Source: Candidatus Magasanikiibacteriota bacterium (GTDB lineage: Bacteria; Patescibacteriota; Patescibacteriia; Magasanikbacterales; UBA922). Taken from it: a stretch of DNA of 64,000 bases. This document shows, piece after piece, positions 29,579 to 39,146 of the stretch. The translations under genes and the position numbers were made by a program. The notes below the pieces were generated by a model. The model was not told the DNA's origin and did no database searches. It worked only from the letters and a program-made list of their open reading frames with translations. The DNA lies in contig DOMK01000010.1 in assembly GCA_003510435.1 (NCBI GenBank), positions 41,487-105,486 on the forward strand, read 5' to 3'. Each line of letters starts with the position of its first letter. Positions within the stretch are counted from its first letter, which is position 1.

Positions 29579-30259
29579 TTAGGTGGTTAGGTGTTGCTTC
29601 ACTTCACTCCAAATTATATCATGAATAGTATTTGGGGGCAATATTTTATCCTCTTTTATACATTCAATAAGTTTGAATTCATGATAGAGATTGGCAATTT
29701 GCAAATAAGCTTTTTCCGCGTCTTTCAAATGATTAATATCATCTTCGTGAATGTCACGTTTTTTTCCATGCAAATATTCACGATCGCCTTTTTTATCTAC
29801 CAATTGCTGGGAAATTTCTGGCGTGACATGTAAAATAAGATTTACATCTGGCTTAGGAATGCCAAGAATATTATATTCTAGATTATAATTCCAATCATAA
29901 TATTTTTTTCTCTCTTCATCGTCAGTAATTTTTCCACCTTGGTGGCCCATGTTGGAGGCGACATAGCGATTGGCAATCACAATTTTACCTTCATCTAGCC
30001 AAGCACGAATTTTTTTACTAGCCGAAAAACGATCCACGGCATAAAGAATTGAGGCGCGATAAGGTCCGACTTCATGGGCTGAGCCAAAACCGCCGTTTAA
30101 ATATTCTTCTACCAGAGAAGCACTGGGTTCGCCATATTGAGGAAAGCTAATTTGTTCAACTTGTTTACCCTCATTTTTTAAATGCTGAAGCAGAAGTTCG
30201 GTTTGCAAACTTTTTCCCGAGCCGTCTGTGCCTTCGAGCATTATAAATAGTCCTTTCAT
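29579..30259 (-). CDS. tmk: Thymidylate kinase
   Basis: EGTDGSGKS, FP, DR, NRY..S, PD. Confidence 0.93.
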   Translation of the reverse strand: MKGLFIMLEGTDGSGKSLQTELLLQHLKNEGKQVEQISFPQYGEPSASLVEEYLNGGFGSAHEVGPYRASILYAVDRFSASKKIRAWLDEGKIVIANRYVASNMGHQGGKITDDEERKKYYDWNYNLEYNILGIPKPDVNLILHVTPEISQQLVDKKGDREYLHGKKRDIHEDDINHLKDAEKAYLQIANLYHEFKLIECIKEDKILPPNTIHDIIWSEVKQHLTT

Positions 30260-30265
30260 AGTGTC

Positions 30266-30392
30266 CGTAATTCCGAGCGTAGCGAGGAATCCCTTTCTAA
30301 CGCACGGAAAGTTGTTATAAATAAAATTAATTTCAATGCAAAGTTTAATGCATTAAAAAGGGATCCCTCACCCTGTGGGGTTCGGGATTACG
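30266..30392. repeat. Family A element overlapping the folA 3' end
   Basis: CGTAATTCCGAGCGTAGCGAGGAATCCCTTT...AAAGGGATCCCTCA..TTCGGGATTACG. Confidence 0.8.
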
Positions 30393-30859
30393 CGAAGATA
30401 TTTAACAAACGTAAACCCTTCGTGTTCTTCTCTCCACACCTCTTGCCAAATTGCTGGGTTGATTTCCGGAAAAAAAGTATCACCATCGACTTCCATATCT
30501 ACATGAGTAATGTACAGAGTATCTACACGGTCAATGGTTTGTTTATAAATACTAGCGCCACCACAGACAAATGCGTCTTCATCTTTTAATTCATTAAAAG
30601 CTTTGTCCAAATCAGTATAGATTCTTACTCCTTCTGGTGCTTTAAAATTTGGATCTTTGGTCAGAACCACGGTTTTTCTACCTGGCAATGGTTTTCCCAA
30701 ATATCCTATGATTGATTCAAATGTAGTTTGTCCCATTAAACAAGTTTTTCCTAGAGTAGTGGTTTTGAAATACTGAAAATCTTCCGGTATATTCCACGGA
30801 ATTTTGTTCTTAATACCTATACAGTTATTTTTAGCAACGGCAGCAATTAAACTAAACAT
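30368..30859 (-). CDS. folA: Dihydrofolate reductase
   Basis: IG..NKIPW.IPED, MG..T, PLPGR, GGASIY, GDTFFP. Confidence 0.96.
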   Translation of the reverse strand: MFSLIAAVAKNNCIGIKNKIPWNIPEDFQYFKTTTLGKTCLMGQTTFESIIGYLGKPLPGRKTVVLTKDPNFKAPEGVRIYTDLDKAFNELKDEDAFVCGGASIYKQTIDRVDTLYITHVDMEVDGDTFFPEINPAIWQEVWREEHEGFTFVKYLRVIPNPTG

Positions 30860-31003
30860 AAAATTTTAAAATAATTGTTCAATTTCTAATTTTTAATTCA
30901 CCTAATTTCTAATAAAATGTCCAAATTGTTTATTTGGTATTGGAAATTTTTTAGGTGAATTAGTCATTAGGTCAATTAGAAATTTGCAATTTTTTGAAAT
31001 AAA

Positions 31004-31876
31004 TTAAATCGCTATTGAGAATTTGATACTAGGGTAACTCTGATAATTAACTAGTTGGGTGTCTCCTGCTTGCCAATCAAAAATTGATTTAAAATTATCA
31101 GTAGCAATTTGAGGTAATGGATAAATGTTCGGATCACGTGTTAGTTGTTCTTTTATTCCTTCCATATGATTAGAATAAATATGAGTATCACCCAAGAAAC
31201 CAACTAAGCGTCCTTCTTTATAACCAGTTTCTTTGCATAGTAAATGTAATAGTAGAGCATAACTAGAAATATTAAAGGGAAGTCCAAGAGCTACATCAAC
31301 AGAGCGTTGATTCCACATCAGGTTTAATTTGTCACCAGTAATCGTAATTTGAAAATTGTAATGACAAGGTGGTAGAGCCATTTCTTGGAGTTTGCTCGGA
31401 TTCCAGGCCATGACGAGCATGCGTCTGTCAGTTGGATTAGTTTTTAAGGTTTCAACTAACTTTTTTAATTGGTCTACACCTTGTCCGATATAATCAGTTT
31501 GGTAATCAATATAATCAGCTCCAAAATGTCGCCATTGAAAACCATAAATTGGCCCTAGGTCGCGTTCTTCAGCCATTTTCTTTTTGGTGTTTTCATCATG
31601 AGCATAAGGAACTTTGAGCGGTGAACACCATTCATCCCAAATATGACAGTTCCGGTCTTTGAGCCATTGCTTATCAGTAATGCCCTTGATAAAGAATTCC
31701 AATTCTGTGGCCATAACTTTGAAAGGCATTTTTTTGGTTGTAAGTAGAGGAAAGCCTTTACTCATGTCGTGTTCAAACATTACTCCTGCCACACTCAAAA
31801 TACCTGTGCCTGTGCGGTCAGCTTTTTCTACGCCGTTTTCTAAGATGTGTTTTATGATGTTGAGGTATGATTGCAT
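31004..31876 (-). CDS. thyA: Thymidylate synthase
   Basis: DRTGTG, FPLLTTK, LPPCH, QRSVD, PFN; start placed at MQSYL. Confidence 0.97.
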   Translation of the reverse strand: MQSYLNIIKHILENGVEKADRTGTGILSVAGVMFEHDMSKGFPLLTTKKMPFKVMATELEFFIKGITDKQWLKDRNCHIWDEWCSPLKVPYAHDENTKKKMAEERDLGPIYGFQWRHFGADYIDYQTDYIGQGVDQLKKLVETLKTNPTDRRMLVMAWNPSKLQEMALPPCHYNFQITITGDKLNLMWNQRSVDVALGLPFNISSYALLLHLLCKETGYKEGRLVGFLGDTHIYSNHMEGIKEQLTRDPNIYPLPQIATDNFKSIFDWQAGDTQLVNYQSYPSIKFSIAI

Positions 31877-31884
31877 AATTCGAT

Positions 31885-32017
31885 TCATTCCGAGCGAAGT
31901 CGATTCGCATCGACTGACGAGGAATCTTTTTTAAAATAAATTTTTTTAATCGAAATTTTATTGTATTAAAAAATATGTGGTAAAAAAGATCCTTCACCCC
32001 TACGGGGTTCAGGATGA
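31885..32017. repeat. Family A element
   Basis: TCATTCCGAGCG..GAGGAATCTTTTT...AAAAAGATCCTTCA..TTCAGGATGA. Confidence 0.8.
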
Positions 32018-32021
32018 ATTA

Positions 32022-32453
32022 TTAAAATTCCCCTGTACTTCCATGTTGTCCAGTACCACGAGAGCTAGTATCATCCAACTCTACCACTTCTTCCAATTGA
32101 GCTATGGCCACAGGATAAATAATTAGTTGAGCAATTTTTTGTCCTTTTTTAATAATAGCAGTTTCTTGACTAAGATTTATTAATAATACATTGTATTCGC
32201 CACGAAAACCAGAATCAAACACTCCACCCATAGTGTGTAGACCATATTTCATAGGCGGACCGCCTTTATCTTTTACAATCGCAGCAAATCCTGGTTCAAA
32301 TTCTAAAGCAAATCCCAAAGCAAATAATTTTCTTTCGCCAGATTTAATTTCCGCATCTTCCAGAGAAAACAAATCTAAACCAGCGTCTTCACCTGGATGG
32401 CCATAGACTGGAAGTTTTGCTTCTGGATTTAATTTTTTAAATTTGACTCGCAT
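32022..32453 (-). CDS. dut: dUTP diphosphatase
   Basis: AGLDL, GVFDSGFRGE, IAQL, RG.G.HGSTG. Confidence 0.92.
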   Translation of the reverse strand: MRVKFKKLNPEAKLPVYGHPGEDAGLDLFSLEDAEIKSGERKLFALGFALEFEPGFAAIVKDKGGPPMKYGLHTMGGVFDSGFRGEYNVLLINLSQETAIIKKGQKIAQLIIYPVAIAQLEEVVELDDTSSRGTGQHGSTGEF

Positions 32454-32472
32454 AGCATTGATTTAGACAGAT

Positions 32473-33027
32473 TCAAACAGATTTGTATTTAGCAACTAAT
32501 CCATCTAATTGTTCATATAAGTCCTCTAAATTGCCATTATTATCAATATGTTCAGTGGCTTCTTTGACAATATCGTTAATTGTTAATTCTGTAGATCGTT
32601 GGTGATCAGCGAGAAATTGTTCAAAAGTTTTGTTATTATCATCGCTTTTTTCTCCGCGTTTAGTCAGTCGCTCATAACGGATTTTTGGATCAGCCGAGAT
32701 TTCTACCAAAACAAAACCAGGCAAATTTTTTAAATATTTCACATCATTAGGACGGCGGACATTGGAAATAGAAATAATTTGGTGGGTATCATTTTTTATA
32801 TCCTCGGCTAGAGTTTTTGACATAATGTCATCACCAAATTTCTCTCGAATTGATTCAGAAACTTTGACATAGTTATCCCGATTTAGTTCCAAATAAAATC
32901 TTTTTAAAATATCGGCTAACATAAAACTAAAGCTGTGGTTTTTACCACCGTATTTTTGTTCTAGGTAAGCCCCAGCCGTGTCTTTACCACTAGCCATTTG
33001 GCCAACGAAACCAAAGATGATTTTCAT
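32473..33027 (-). CDS. P-loop (d)NMP kinase / dephospho-CoA kinase-like protein
   Basis: GQMASGKDT Walker A, NVR, R..RL..R, NNG; located in the dTMP cluster. Confidence 0.8.
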   Translation of the reverse strand: MKIIFGFVGQMASGKDTAGAYLEQKYGGKNHSFSFMLADILKRFYLELNRDNYVKVSESIREKFGDDIMSKTLAEDIKNDTHQIISISNVRRPNDVKYLKNLPGFVLVEISADPKIRYERLTKRGEKSDDNNKTFEQFLADHQRSTELTINDIVKEATEHIDNNGNLEDLYEQLDGLVAKYKSV

Positions 33028-33077
33028 AAACACTGATTATACAGATTATTTGATGATTTCACAGATGATTAAAAGGA

Positions 33078-33560
33078 TTAATTTGGATTTTTACTATTGG
33101 TATAGTCTGAAATATATTGTCTATATTTTACACCAGCAGAATCCAAAATTTTACGTGAAGCGATCCAGACTTTGTCGTCATGATATTTATCATTTTCAAA
33201 AATTATTTCTTTTATACCATTTTGGACAATTGCTTTGGCGCATTCATTGCAAGGGAATAGAGTACAATAAATTTTACAGTCATGTGGTTGTTTGCTGGAA
33301 TTATAAATAGCATTTTCTTCAGCATGACAAACATAGGCGTATTTGGTATCCAAAAAATCTCCTTCTCTGTCCCAAGAAAAAGAAGAATCATCTGCACCGC
33401 GAGGAAAACCATTGTAACCTAGTCCAATAACAATATTATTTTTATCAGCGATTACTGCCCCAGCTTGGGTAGAAGGATCTTTTGATCTTTCGGCGATTAC
33501 ATGAGACATACGCATAAAGCATTCATCCCAAGAAATATAGTTTTCACGAGCTTTTTCCAT
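33078..33560 (-). CDS. dCMP deaminase
   Basis: RSKDP.TQ.GA, GYNGFP, HAEENA, PCNEC. Confidence 0.93.
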   Translation of the reverse strand: MEKARENYISWDECFMRMSHVIAERSKDPSTQAGAVIADKNNIVIGLGYNGFPRGADDSSFSWDREGDFLDTKYAYVCHAEENAIYNSSKQPHDCKIYCTLFPCNECAKAIVQNGIKEIIFENDKYHDDKVWIASRKILDSAGVKYRQYISDYTNSKNPN

Positions 33561-33586
33561 ATATTTATAATTGTTAAGTAAGTGGT

Positions 33587-33615
33587 ATTTTAGCAAATAT
33601 TGTCTATTATCGCAA
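33587..33615 (-). promoter_or_regulatory. Promoter of the dTMP cluster
   Basis: TTGCGA-17 nt-TAAAAT. Confidence 0.55.
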
Positions 33616-33635
33616 GTACAAAAAAATCGCTGTTT

Positions 33636-34724
33636 TTAGCGATTTTTTATGGTTATTTTACCAGTCATGGCATCCATTTCAATTTCATCACCATCTTTCA
33701 AATCAACTAATACATTTTTTACACCCACAATACAGGGTATTTTCATTTCTCGACTCACAATGGCCGCATGAGACAGAATATTTCCTTCTTCAGTAATAAT
33801 GCCACTAGCTTTTTTCATAAGTGGTACATAGTCAATCATAGTCATACGGCAGACTAGAATATCTTTATCTCCAAAAATAGTATTGGTTGGATCTAAAACA
33901 ATTTTTACTTTGCCACTAGCTATTCCAGGGCTAGCACAAATACCAGTTAATTTAATATTTTGTTCGGGAAGTTTATAATCAACATCACCAATCATGTCTG
34001 GGATCAGTCTGTTATAATCCACGAACATTTTTCTATTGCCTGGCCAGATAATATATTCAAAATAGCCTTGTAAATAATCCACGTTGGTAAATTTAGCATT
34101 AAGATTGGTTTTTAACAAATTTTGTTTGTCTTTTGGAATATGCAAAAAATCTAACATCGTTTTTATCATGTCAGCTACGGGTTCATCTGGTTTAGAAAGA
34201 ACTAGTTTATTCCAATCATACAAAAAAGAAATTGGTTCGGCCGAAAAAAAGCCTTGAGTCAATTGCCAGTGTCCGCCAGCGACAAATTCACCAATAATAC
34301 CTTTGTCTGAAATTATAAAAGTCGCTGAATATTTTGTTTCATCACTATGGGGTACAACCTCGACTTTATAATCATCCGGATTAATATCAAGAGTATTAAA
34401 CCAGTTGCCCAAATATTCATTTAGAGTTTTGCCTCGTTGACGTAATTTTGGTAAACCAGATTTGGTTGGGACTAATCTTAGGGCACAAAGTTCATTGCCT
34501 TTGCGATTGATAATGTCTTGAAATAGAGGAGTACAATCTACAATATCACGCGCTGTCATTCTCTCTGGACGATCATAAGGAATATTATAATTTTGAAATA
34601 AAAATTCCAAGCGGTCGCGCTTGGTATTATCTTCCTGTCTAAACTCATTAGTTTTGTTATAGCCAATTGCTTCAAACCATTCAGTAAAAGACGGCATGGT
34701 ATTGTTTATTTCTGTGATGGGCAT
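33636..34724 (-). CDS. PEP-utilising enzyme mobile (phospho-His) domain protein with unknown N-terminal region
   Basis: C-terminal G..ASPG...G.V, ILV..MT, T.EG..LSHAAIVSRE..IPC. Confidence 0.85.
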   Translation of the reverse strand: MPITEINNTMPSFTEWFEAIGYNKTNEFRQEDNTKRDRLEFLFQNYNIPYDRPERMTARDIVDCTPLFQDIINRKGNELCALRLVPTKSGLPKLRQRGKTLNEYLGNWFNTLDINPDDYKVEVVPHSDETKYSATFIISDKGIIGEFVAGGHWQLTQGFFSAEPISFLYDWNKLVLSKPDEPVADMIKTMLDFLHIPKDKQNLLKTNLNAKFTNVDYLQGYFEYIIWPGNRKMFVDYNRLIPDMIGDVDYKLPEQNIKLTGICASPGIASGKVKIVLDPTNTIFGDKDILVCRMTMIDYVPLMKKASGIITEEGNILSHAAIVSREMKIPCIVGVKNVLVDLKDGDEIEMDAMTGKITIKNR

Positions 34725-34725
34725 T

Positions 34726-35742
34726 TTATTTATTTATTTTATATCTATTTTGTTTAACAGCGTTAATAATTTTTTTGGCCACGGAAATAGTATAAGCTGG
34801 ACGATTGCCCACGTCAGTTTCTTTACATAAGATTATACCATTGATACCATCCAAAACCATATTGGTCAAATCAAGTATTTCTGATTTGTGAGGAATAAAA
34901 TTATCAATTGTACTTTCTAAAATTTGCGTGGAAATAAAAACTTGTTTTTTATTTTCTCTAACTTTTTGGGTAATTAATTTTTGGGTAATACCAATTTGTT
35001 CAAATGGAGTATTAACCCCCAATTTACCTCGGTCAATTAGAATGGCATCAAAGATCGTTTCTTTGCATATTGTATCTATATCATCTATGGCTTCTTTGTT
35101 GCCAATTTTGAGCATGATTTTTTCTTTGAATTCATTTTCAGTTATTAATTTGTAAATTTTTTCTTGAGTTTTTTTATTTATATAAGGAAGAGCTAAATAA
35201 TCAATTTTTATTGTTTTAATTTTTTTAATTTCTTCTTCAATCGCTTTTAAATATTTATCCTCATTAACCATGAGATTGAAGCTACACATGGAGTAGATTG
35301 TTCCTTTGTTAAGGGCAATAGCTTTTATAGTCCCAGTGTCAATTATTTCAATGACTTCTACAGAAACTTCACCATTGGCAATAGTAATCATTTGGTTTAC
35401 TGTGACGTCCCCACCGAGTTTTTCAGCCACAACTGGGATGAAATTTTTACAAGATATAGAATTGGAAGCGGATTTGAATATTAGTTCTTCGCCTTCTTTT
35501 ACTTCAATTTTAAATTCATCAAAACTACCCAATCTAGTTTTATTACTGGGTAAATCAACTAAAATTTTGGTTGAAGAATTTAGACTGTCAATTATTTTTT
35601 GGGCTTCCAAAATATTTTTTATGTTTTCGTCAGTAATTTGATAGCCAAGATTGTATCTAATTATATCAGCTCCAGCCAAAATAATTTTTCTAACCTTATT
35701 TTCTGAAAAAGAATTTGGATTAACACTGGCAATGATTTTCAT
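34726..35742 (-). CDS. Divergent pyruvate-kinase-like protein (A/B domains only)
   Basis: KIIAS..P, R.N, KI, RG.LG, TQILES, DG...L..ET; several catalytic residues are substituted. Confidence 0.8.
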   Translation of the reverse strand: MKIIASVNPNSFSENKVRKIILAGADIIRYNLGYQITDENIKNILEAQKIIDSLNSSTKILVDLPSNKTRLGSFDEFKIEVKEGEELIFKSASNSISCKNFIPVVAEKLGGDVTVNQMITIANGEVSVEVIEIIDTGTIKAIALNKGTIYSMCSFNLMVNEDKYLKAIEEEIKKIKTIKIDYLALPYINKKTQEKIYKLITENEFKEKIMLKIGNKEAIDDIDTICKETIFDAILIDRGKLGVNTPFEQIGITQKLITQKVRENKKQVFISTQILESTIDNFIPHKSEILDLTNMVLDGINGIILCKETDVGNRPAYTISVAKKIINAVKQNRYKINK

Positions 35743-35748
35743 ATTAAA

Positions 35749-35781
35749 TAAAAAACACCACTCCTAAGAGAGTGGTGTTTT
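35749..35781 (-). terminator. Terminator after rplA
   Basis: AAAACACCACTC/GAGTGGTGTTTT hairpin with T run. Confidence 0.75.
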
Positions 35782-35785
35782 GAAG

Positions 35786-36463
35786 TTAAATTATTTCTAC
35801 TTTTACACTTGGGCCCATACTACTAGTCATAAAGATTGACTTGAGATAGGTGCCTTTGGCAGAATTTGGTTTGACTTTTTTTATGGCATCGAGTAAAGTT
35901 TCAAAATTTTCTTTTAATTTTTGATTATCAAAACTTACTTTGCCGATCACTTGGTGAACGATTGCACCATCATCAATTTTAAAAGTGGCTTTGCCTTTTT
36001 TGAGTTCGCCAATCATTTTTTTCAAATCAGTACTAACCGTATCAGTCTTTGGATTTGGCATCAAACCTTTTGGTCCCAAGACTTTAGCAGCAACGGCTAG
36101 CTTAGGCATCATTTCTGGGGTAGAGACGGCAATGTCAAATTCTATTTTGCCAGTATCTTTTATTTTTTTAATATCAGACTCACCATAAACGAAATCGGCG
36201 CCAGCTTCTTTGGCTGTCTTTTCATCATTGGCACCAACGAAAGCAGCTACAGTTTTGGTTTTGCCTGTGCCATGTGGTAGGACAACAGTGGAACGAATTT
36301 GTTGATCACCTTTTTTTGGATCAACACCTAGTTTAATGTGCAATTCAACCGAAGCGTCGAATTTTACATTGCTAGTTTGTTTGACCAAATTAATAGCTTC
36401 ATCCAAGCTGTAGACCTTGGTCTGGTCGATTTTTCCTTTTAGTTCTGTCATTCTTTTTGACAT
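35786..36463 (-). CDS. rplA: 50S ribosomal protein L1
   Basis: KFDASVE, LPHGTGK, LGPKGLMPNPK, SMGP. Confidence 0.98.
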   Translation of the reverse strand: MSKRMTELKGKIDQTKVYSLDEAINLVKQTSNVKFDASVELHIKLGVDPKKGDQQIRSTVVLPHGTGKTKTVAAFVGANDEKTAKEAGADFVYGESDIKKIKDTGKIEFDIAVSTPEMMPKLAVAAKVLGPKGLMPNPKTDTVSTDLKKMIGELKKGKATFKIDDGAIVHQVIGKVSFDNQKLKENFETLLDAIKKVKPNSAKGTYLKSIFMTSSMGPSVKVEII

Positions 36464-36515
36464 AGATATTACTGATATCCAGATAATCCGGATCTACGGA
36501 TTATAAAGGATATAA

Positions 36516-36551
36516 TGTGGTTCTTGCGCCTCAAGTGATTGGGGCTCCCAC
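36516..36551 (-). promoter_or_regulatory. L1-binding autoregulatory mRNA structure
   Basis: Minus strand GTGGGAG-CCCC-loop-GAGGC-GCAAGA-ACCACA matches the GGGAG..ACCAC L1 site layout; upstream TTGACT..TATAAA promoter. Confidence 0.7.
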
Positions 36552-36618
36552 TTAATTATAAGTAAGTTCGAGAGTATTTATACCTGATTTTGAAAAAAAA
36601 GTCAAGAGGAGGCTGTTT

Positions 36619-37434
36619 TTAACGTCCGTCAGTCCAAATTCTAGTGCAGTTTCGACTTCTGTCTTTAGCATTGAAATAGTCTGGACATTTTTTGCTTAGA
36701 TTGTTATTAGGATAACAGACCACCTCACCATTTTGATTGTATAGGATACTAAAATAATCAGGGCTACCATTGGATTCATAATAAACCACGGTTTCACCAT
36801 ATTGGCACTGATCAATAAAGGTTTTTGGTGTTTTAGGAGATTCAGTTTGAATAAAGGAAGTTACCAATTCTAACCAATCAGGAATTTTTATTTTTTCTTT
36901 TATAAAGTTAGTTGGAGTTCCTGTTGAGGTGTTGTTAGTTACTGCGTCATTTGTAGCTTGGGTTTCTACGCACACACCTTTAAAAGCAACTTTTACTTTA
37001 TTTACACTGGCAATACAGTCATTGGAATAAGTAATTTTGTCTTCGCCACAAACTGGATCATAATTTTGGGCGCAAACTACTACAGCTTCAGTTTTTCCGT
37101 TTTCATTTTGAAAAGTTTTAGCACCATTTCCTGGGGCACATTTACCATTCATAAAATCTTCGGCCAGACATTCGGTCGTGTCAGAAAAACGACAATAGAT
37201 TTGTGAACTTTCTGTTGTTTCATCATAACGAACAATCACTTCATAATTTTTATTTTCACAAAAATCATAACTATCAGTTCTAGTATCGCGCATAACTGGT
37301 TGTTTTTTTATTAATTGTTTTGTACTGGTAGAGGAAGTTGATTGTTTTCCGGTTGGACTGGTTTGTCCGCAACCAGAAATTATTAAAACAAAAGTAATAA
37401 TAATTCCAGTAGTGAGTAGAGTAGATCTAGACAT
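36619..37434 (-). CDS. Lipoprotein with DUF333-like and Kazal-type cysteine-rich domains
   Basis: Lipobox ISGC; C..CRF....C; Kazal CAQNYDPVCG...TYSNDC...G.C. Confidence 0.8.
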   Translation of the reverse strand: MSRSTLLTTGIIITFVLIISGCGQTSPTGKQSTSSTSTKQLIKKQPVMRDTRTDSYDFCENKNYEVIVRYDETTESSQIYCRFSDTTECLAEDFMNGKCAPGNGAKTFQNENGKTEAVVVCAQNYDPVCGEDKITYSNDCIASVNKVKVAFKGVCVETQATNDAVTNNTSTGTPTNFIKEKIKIPDWLELVTSFIQTESPKTPKTFIDQCQYGETVVYYESNGSPDYFSILYNQNGEVVCYPNNNLSKKCPDYFNAKDRSRNCTRIWTDGR

Positions 37435-37436
37435 AA

Positions 37437-38453
37437 TTATTTTTTTCTTGGTTTAGTAACATCATTTTGCGTTTCGCCCTTAGAAAAAGCTTTTACATTG
37501 GCAATGCTGGTGTCAATAATTCTTTTGATGGCCTCAGTGGTGTTGAAGGCATTGTGCGGAGTGACGATTGTGTTTGGGTGATCAATAATAATATTTTCCA
37601 TCAAACTATCTTTAACATCTTGAGCCTGACAATTTTGTTCAAATAAAAATTCTGGATGACTTATATAGCGCTCTTCTTCCAGTACATCTATGCCGGCAGA
37701 AGCTATATGACCTGTCTCTAAACCCCAGACCAAGGCTTCTGGTTCAATCAATCCACCGCGTGAAGTATTAATAATAATTACACCGGGTTTCATTTTTTTA
37801 ATATTGCGTTTATTTATCATGTGAGTTGTTTGGGGAAGTAGAGGAACATGAAGGGAAACAATATCTGATTCGGCTAGTAGTTTATTCAAAGATACATATT
37901 TAAAATTTAATTCTTTAGCCAGTTTTGTGTTTGGAAAGGGATCATAGGCAATAATATTAACATCAAAACCAGATAACATCTTAATCATATAATAACCAAT
38001 ATGACCGGTGCCAACAATGCCAACCGTTTTATCTTTTAGATCAAAACCACATAAGCCGTGATAATCAAAATTTCCTTCCTTTACACGTTTTGTAGAAGCA
38101 AAGATTTTTTTTGATATAGCTAGTATCAATGCCATGGCATGTTGAGCCACAGTATTTTCCCCATAGGTTGGTACATTGCAAATCGGAATTTTTCTTTTTT
38201 TGGCTTCTTTTAAATCAACGTGGTCGTAGCCAGTAGAAAAAGTTGCAATCATTTTCAAATTTGGTAATTTTTGAAAGACTTTTTTATCAATTTTGGCTTC
38301 CACAAAAATTCCTAAAATTTCAGTTTTTGAATCAAGCTTTTCCAACTCAAAAGGTTTGTCAGAAATAGTCAGGTTAAAACCAGACATTTTGTTTCTGGTA
38401 TAGGTTTTTAGATCTGGCAGAATATTATAAAAAGCACAGTTTAGTTTTTTCAT
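37437..38453 (-). CDS. D-isomer 2-hydroxyacid dehydrogenase (D-lactate dehydrogenase-like)
   Basis: GYDHVD, GTGHIG, SLHVP, INTSRG, DVLE, TPHNAF. Confidence 0.92.
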   Translation of the reverse strand: MKKLNCAFYNILPDLKTYTRNKMSGFNLTISDKPFELEKLDSKTEILGIFVEAKIDKKVFQKLPNLKMIATFSTGYDHVDLKEAKKRKIPICNVPTYGENTVAQHAMALILAISKKIFASTKRVKEGNFDYHGLCGFDLKDKTVGIVGTGHIGYYMIKMLSGFDVNIIAYDPFPNTKLAKELNFKYVSLNKLLAESDIVSLHVPLLPQTTHMINKRNIKKMKPGVIIINTSRGGLIEPEALVWGLETGHIASAGIDVLEEERYISHPEFLFEQNCQAQDVKDSLMENIIIDHPNTIVTPHNAFNTTEAIKRIIDTSIANVKAFSKGETQNDVTKPRKK

Positions 38454-38456
38454 AAA

Positions 38457-38540
38457 AAAGCTTACAATGCCAACAAGGCTTACTAGGGCTTACCAGGCTT
38501 TGTTAGCATTGTGAGCTTTGCAAGCCTTGTAAGCTTTGCA
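38457..38540. repeat. Inverted 9-mer repeat (GCTTACAAG family)
   Basis: Family also at 813-850, 1795-1882, 40044-40115. Confidence 0.7.
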
Positions 38541-38610
38541 ATTATATCAAATATTAGCCAATAAAAAAAGCCCTGAATATTTCAGAGCTTAATTTTTAGT
38601 TTTTATTGTT

Positions 38611-39036
38611 TTAGCCTTCAATCGTAATTCCCATTTGTCTGGCTGTACCCTCAATAATCTTCATGGCACCTTCTATATCATTGGCATTCAAGTCTGGCAT
38701 TTTCTTTTCGGCAATTTCTCTAACTTGAGCTTTGGTCAATTTACCAACCTTGTCTTTCAAAGGGTTGCTTGAACCTTTGGCTAAGCCAGCGGCTTTTTTT
38801 ACCAAAGCGCTAGCGGGGGCAACCTTCATGATAAAACTAAATGTTCTATCTTCGTAAACATTGATAATGACAGGAACGATTTCGCCTTTTTTATCAGCTG
38901 TTTTAGCATTGAAGTCTGCACAAAAAGCTTGGATATTTAGACCATGTTGACCAAGAGCTGGACCGACTGGAGGAGCAGGGTTAGCAGCGCCACCAGGAAT
39001 TTGTAATTTGATTTGAGTAACTAATTTTTTTGCCAT
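38611..39036 (-). CDS. rplK: 50S ribosomal protein L11
   Basis: [22 protein letters not shown]. Confidence 0.98.
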   Translation of the reverse strand: MAKKLVTQIKLQIPGGAANPAPPVGPALGQHGLNIQAFCADFNAKTADKKGEIVPVIINVYEDRTFSFIMKVAPASALVKKAAGLAKGSSNPLKDKVGKLTKAQVREIAEKKMPDLNANDIEGAMKIIEGTARQMGITIEG

Positions 39037-39146
39037 ATTAACATTGATTACACTGATTAAAATTGATTACACTGATTTTAGACAGAAGCGTTTGATTATT
39101 ATTGGTTTCAATCTGTGAAATCTTTAATAATCAGTCTAAATCAATG

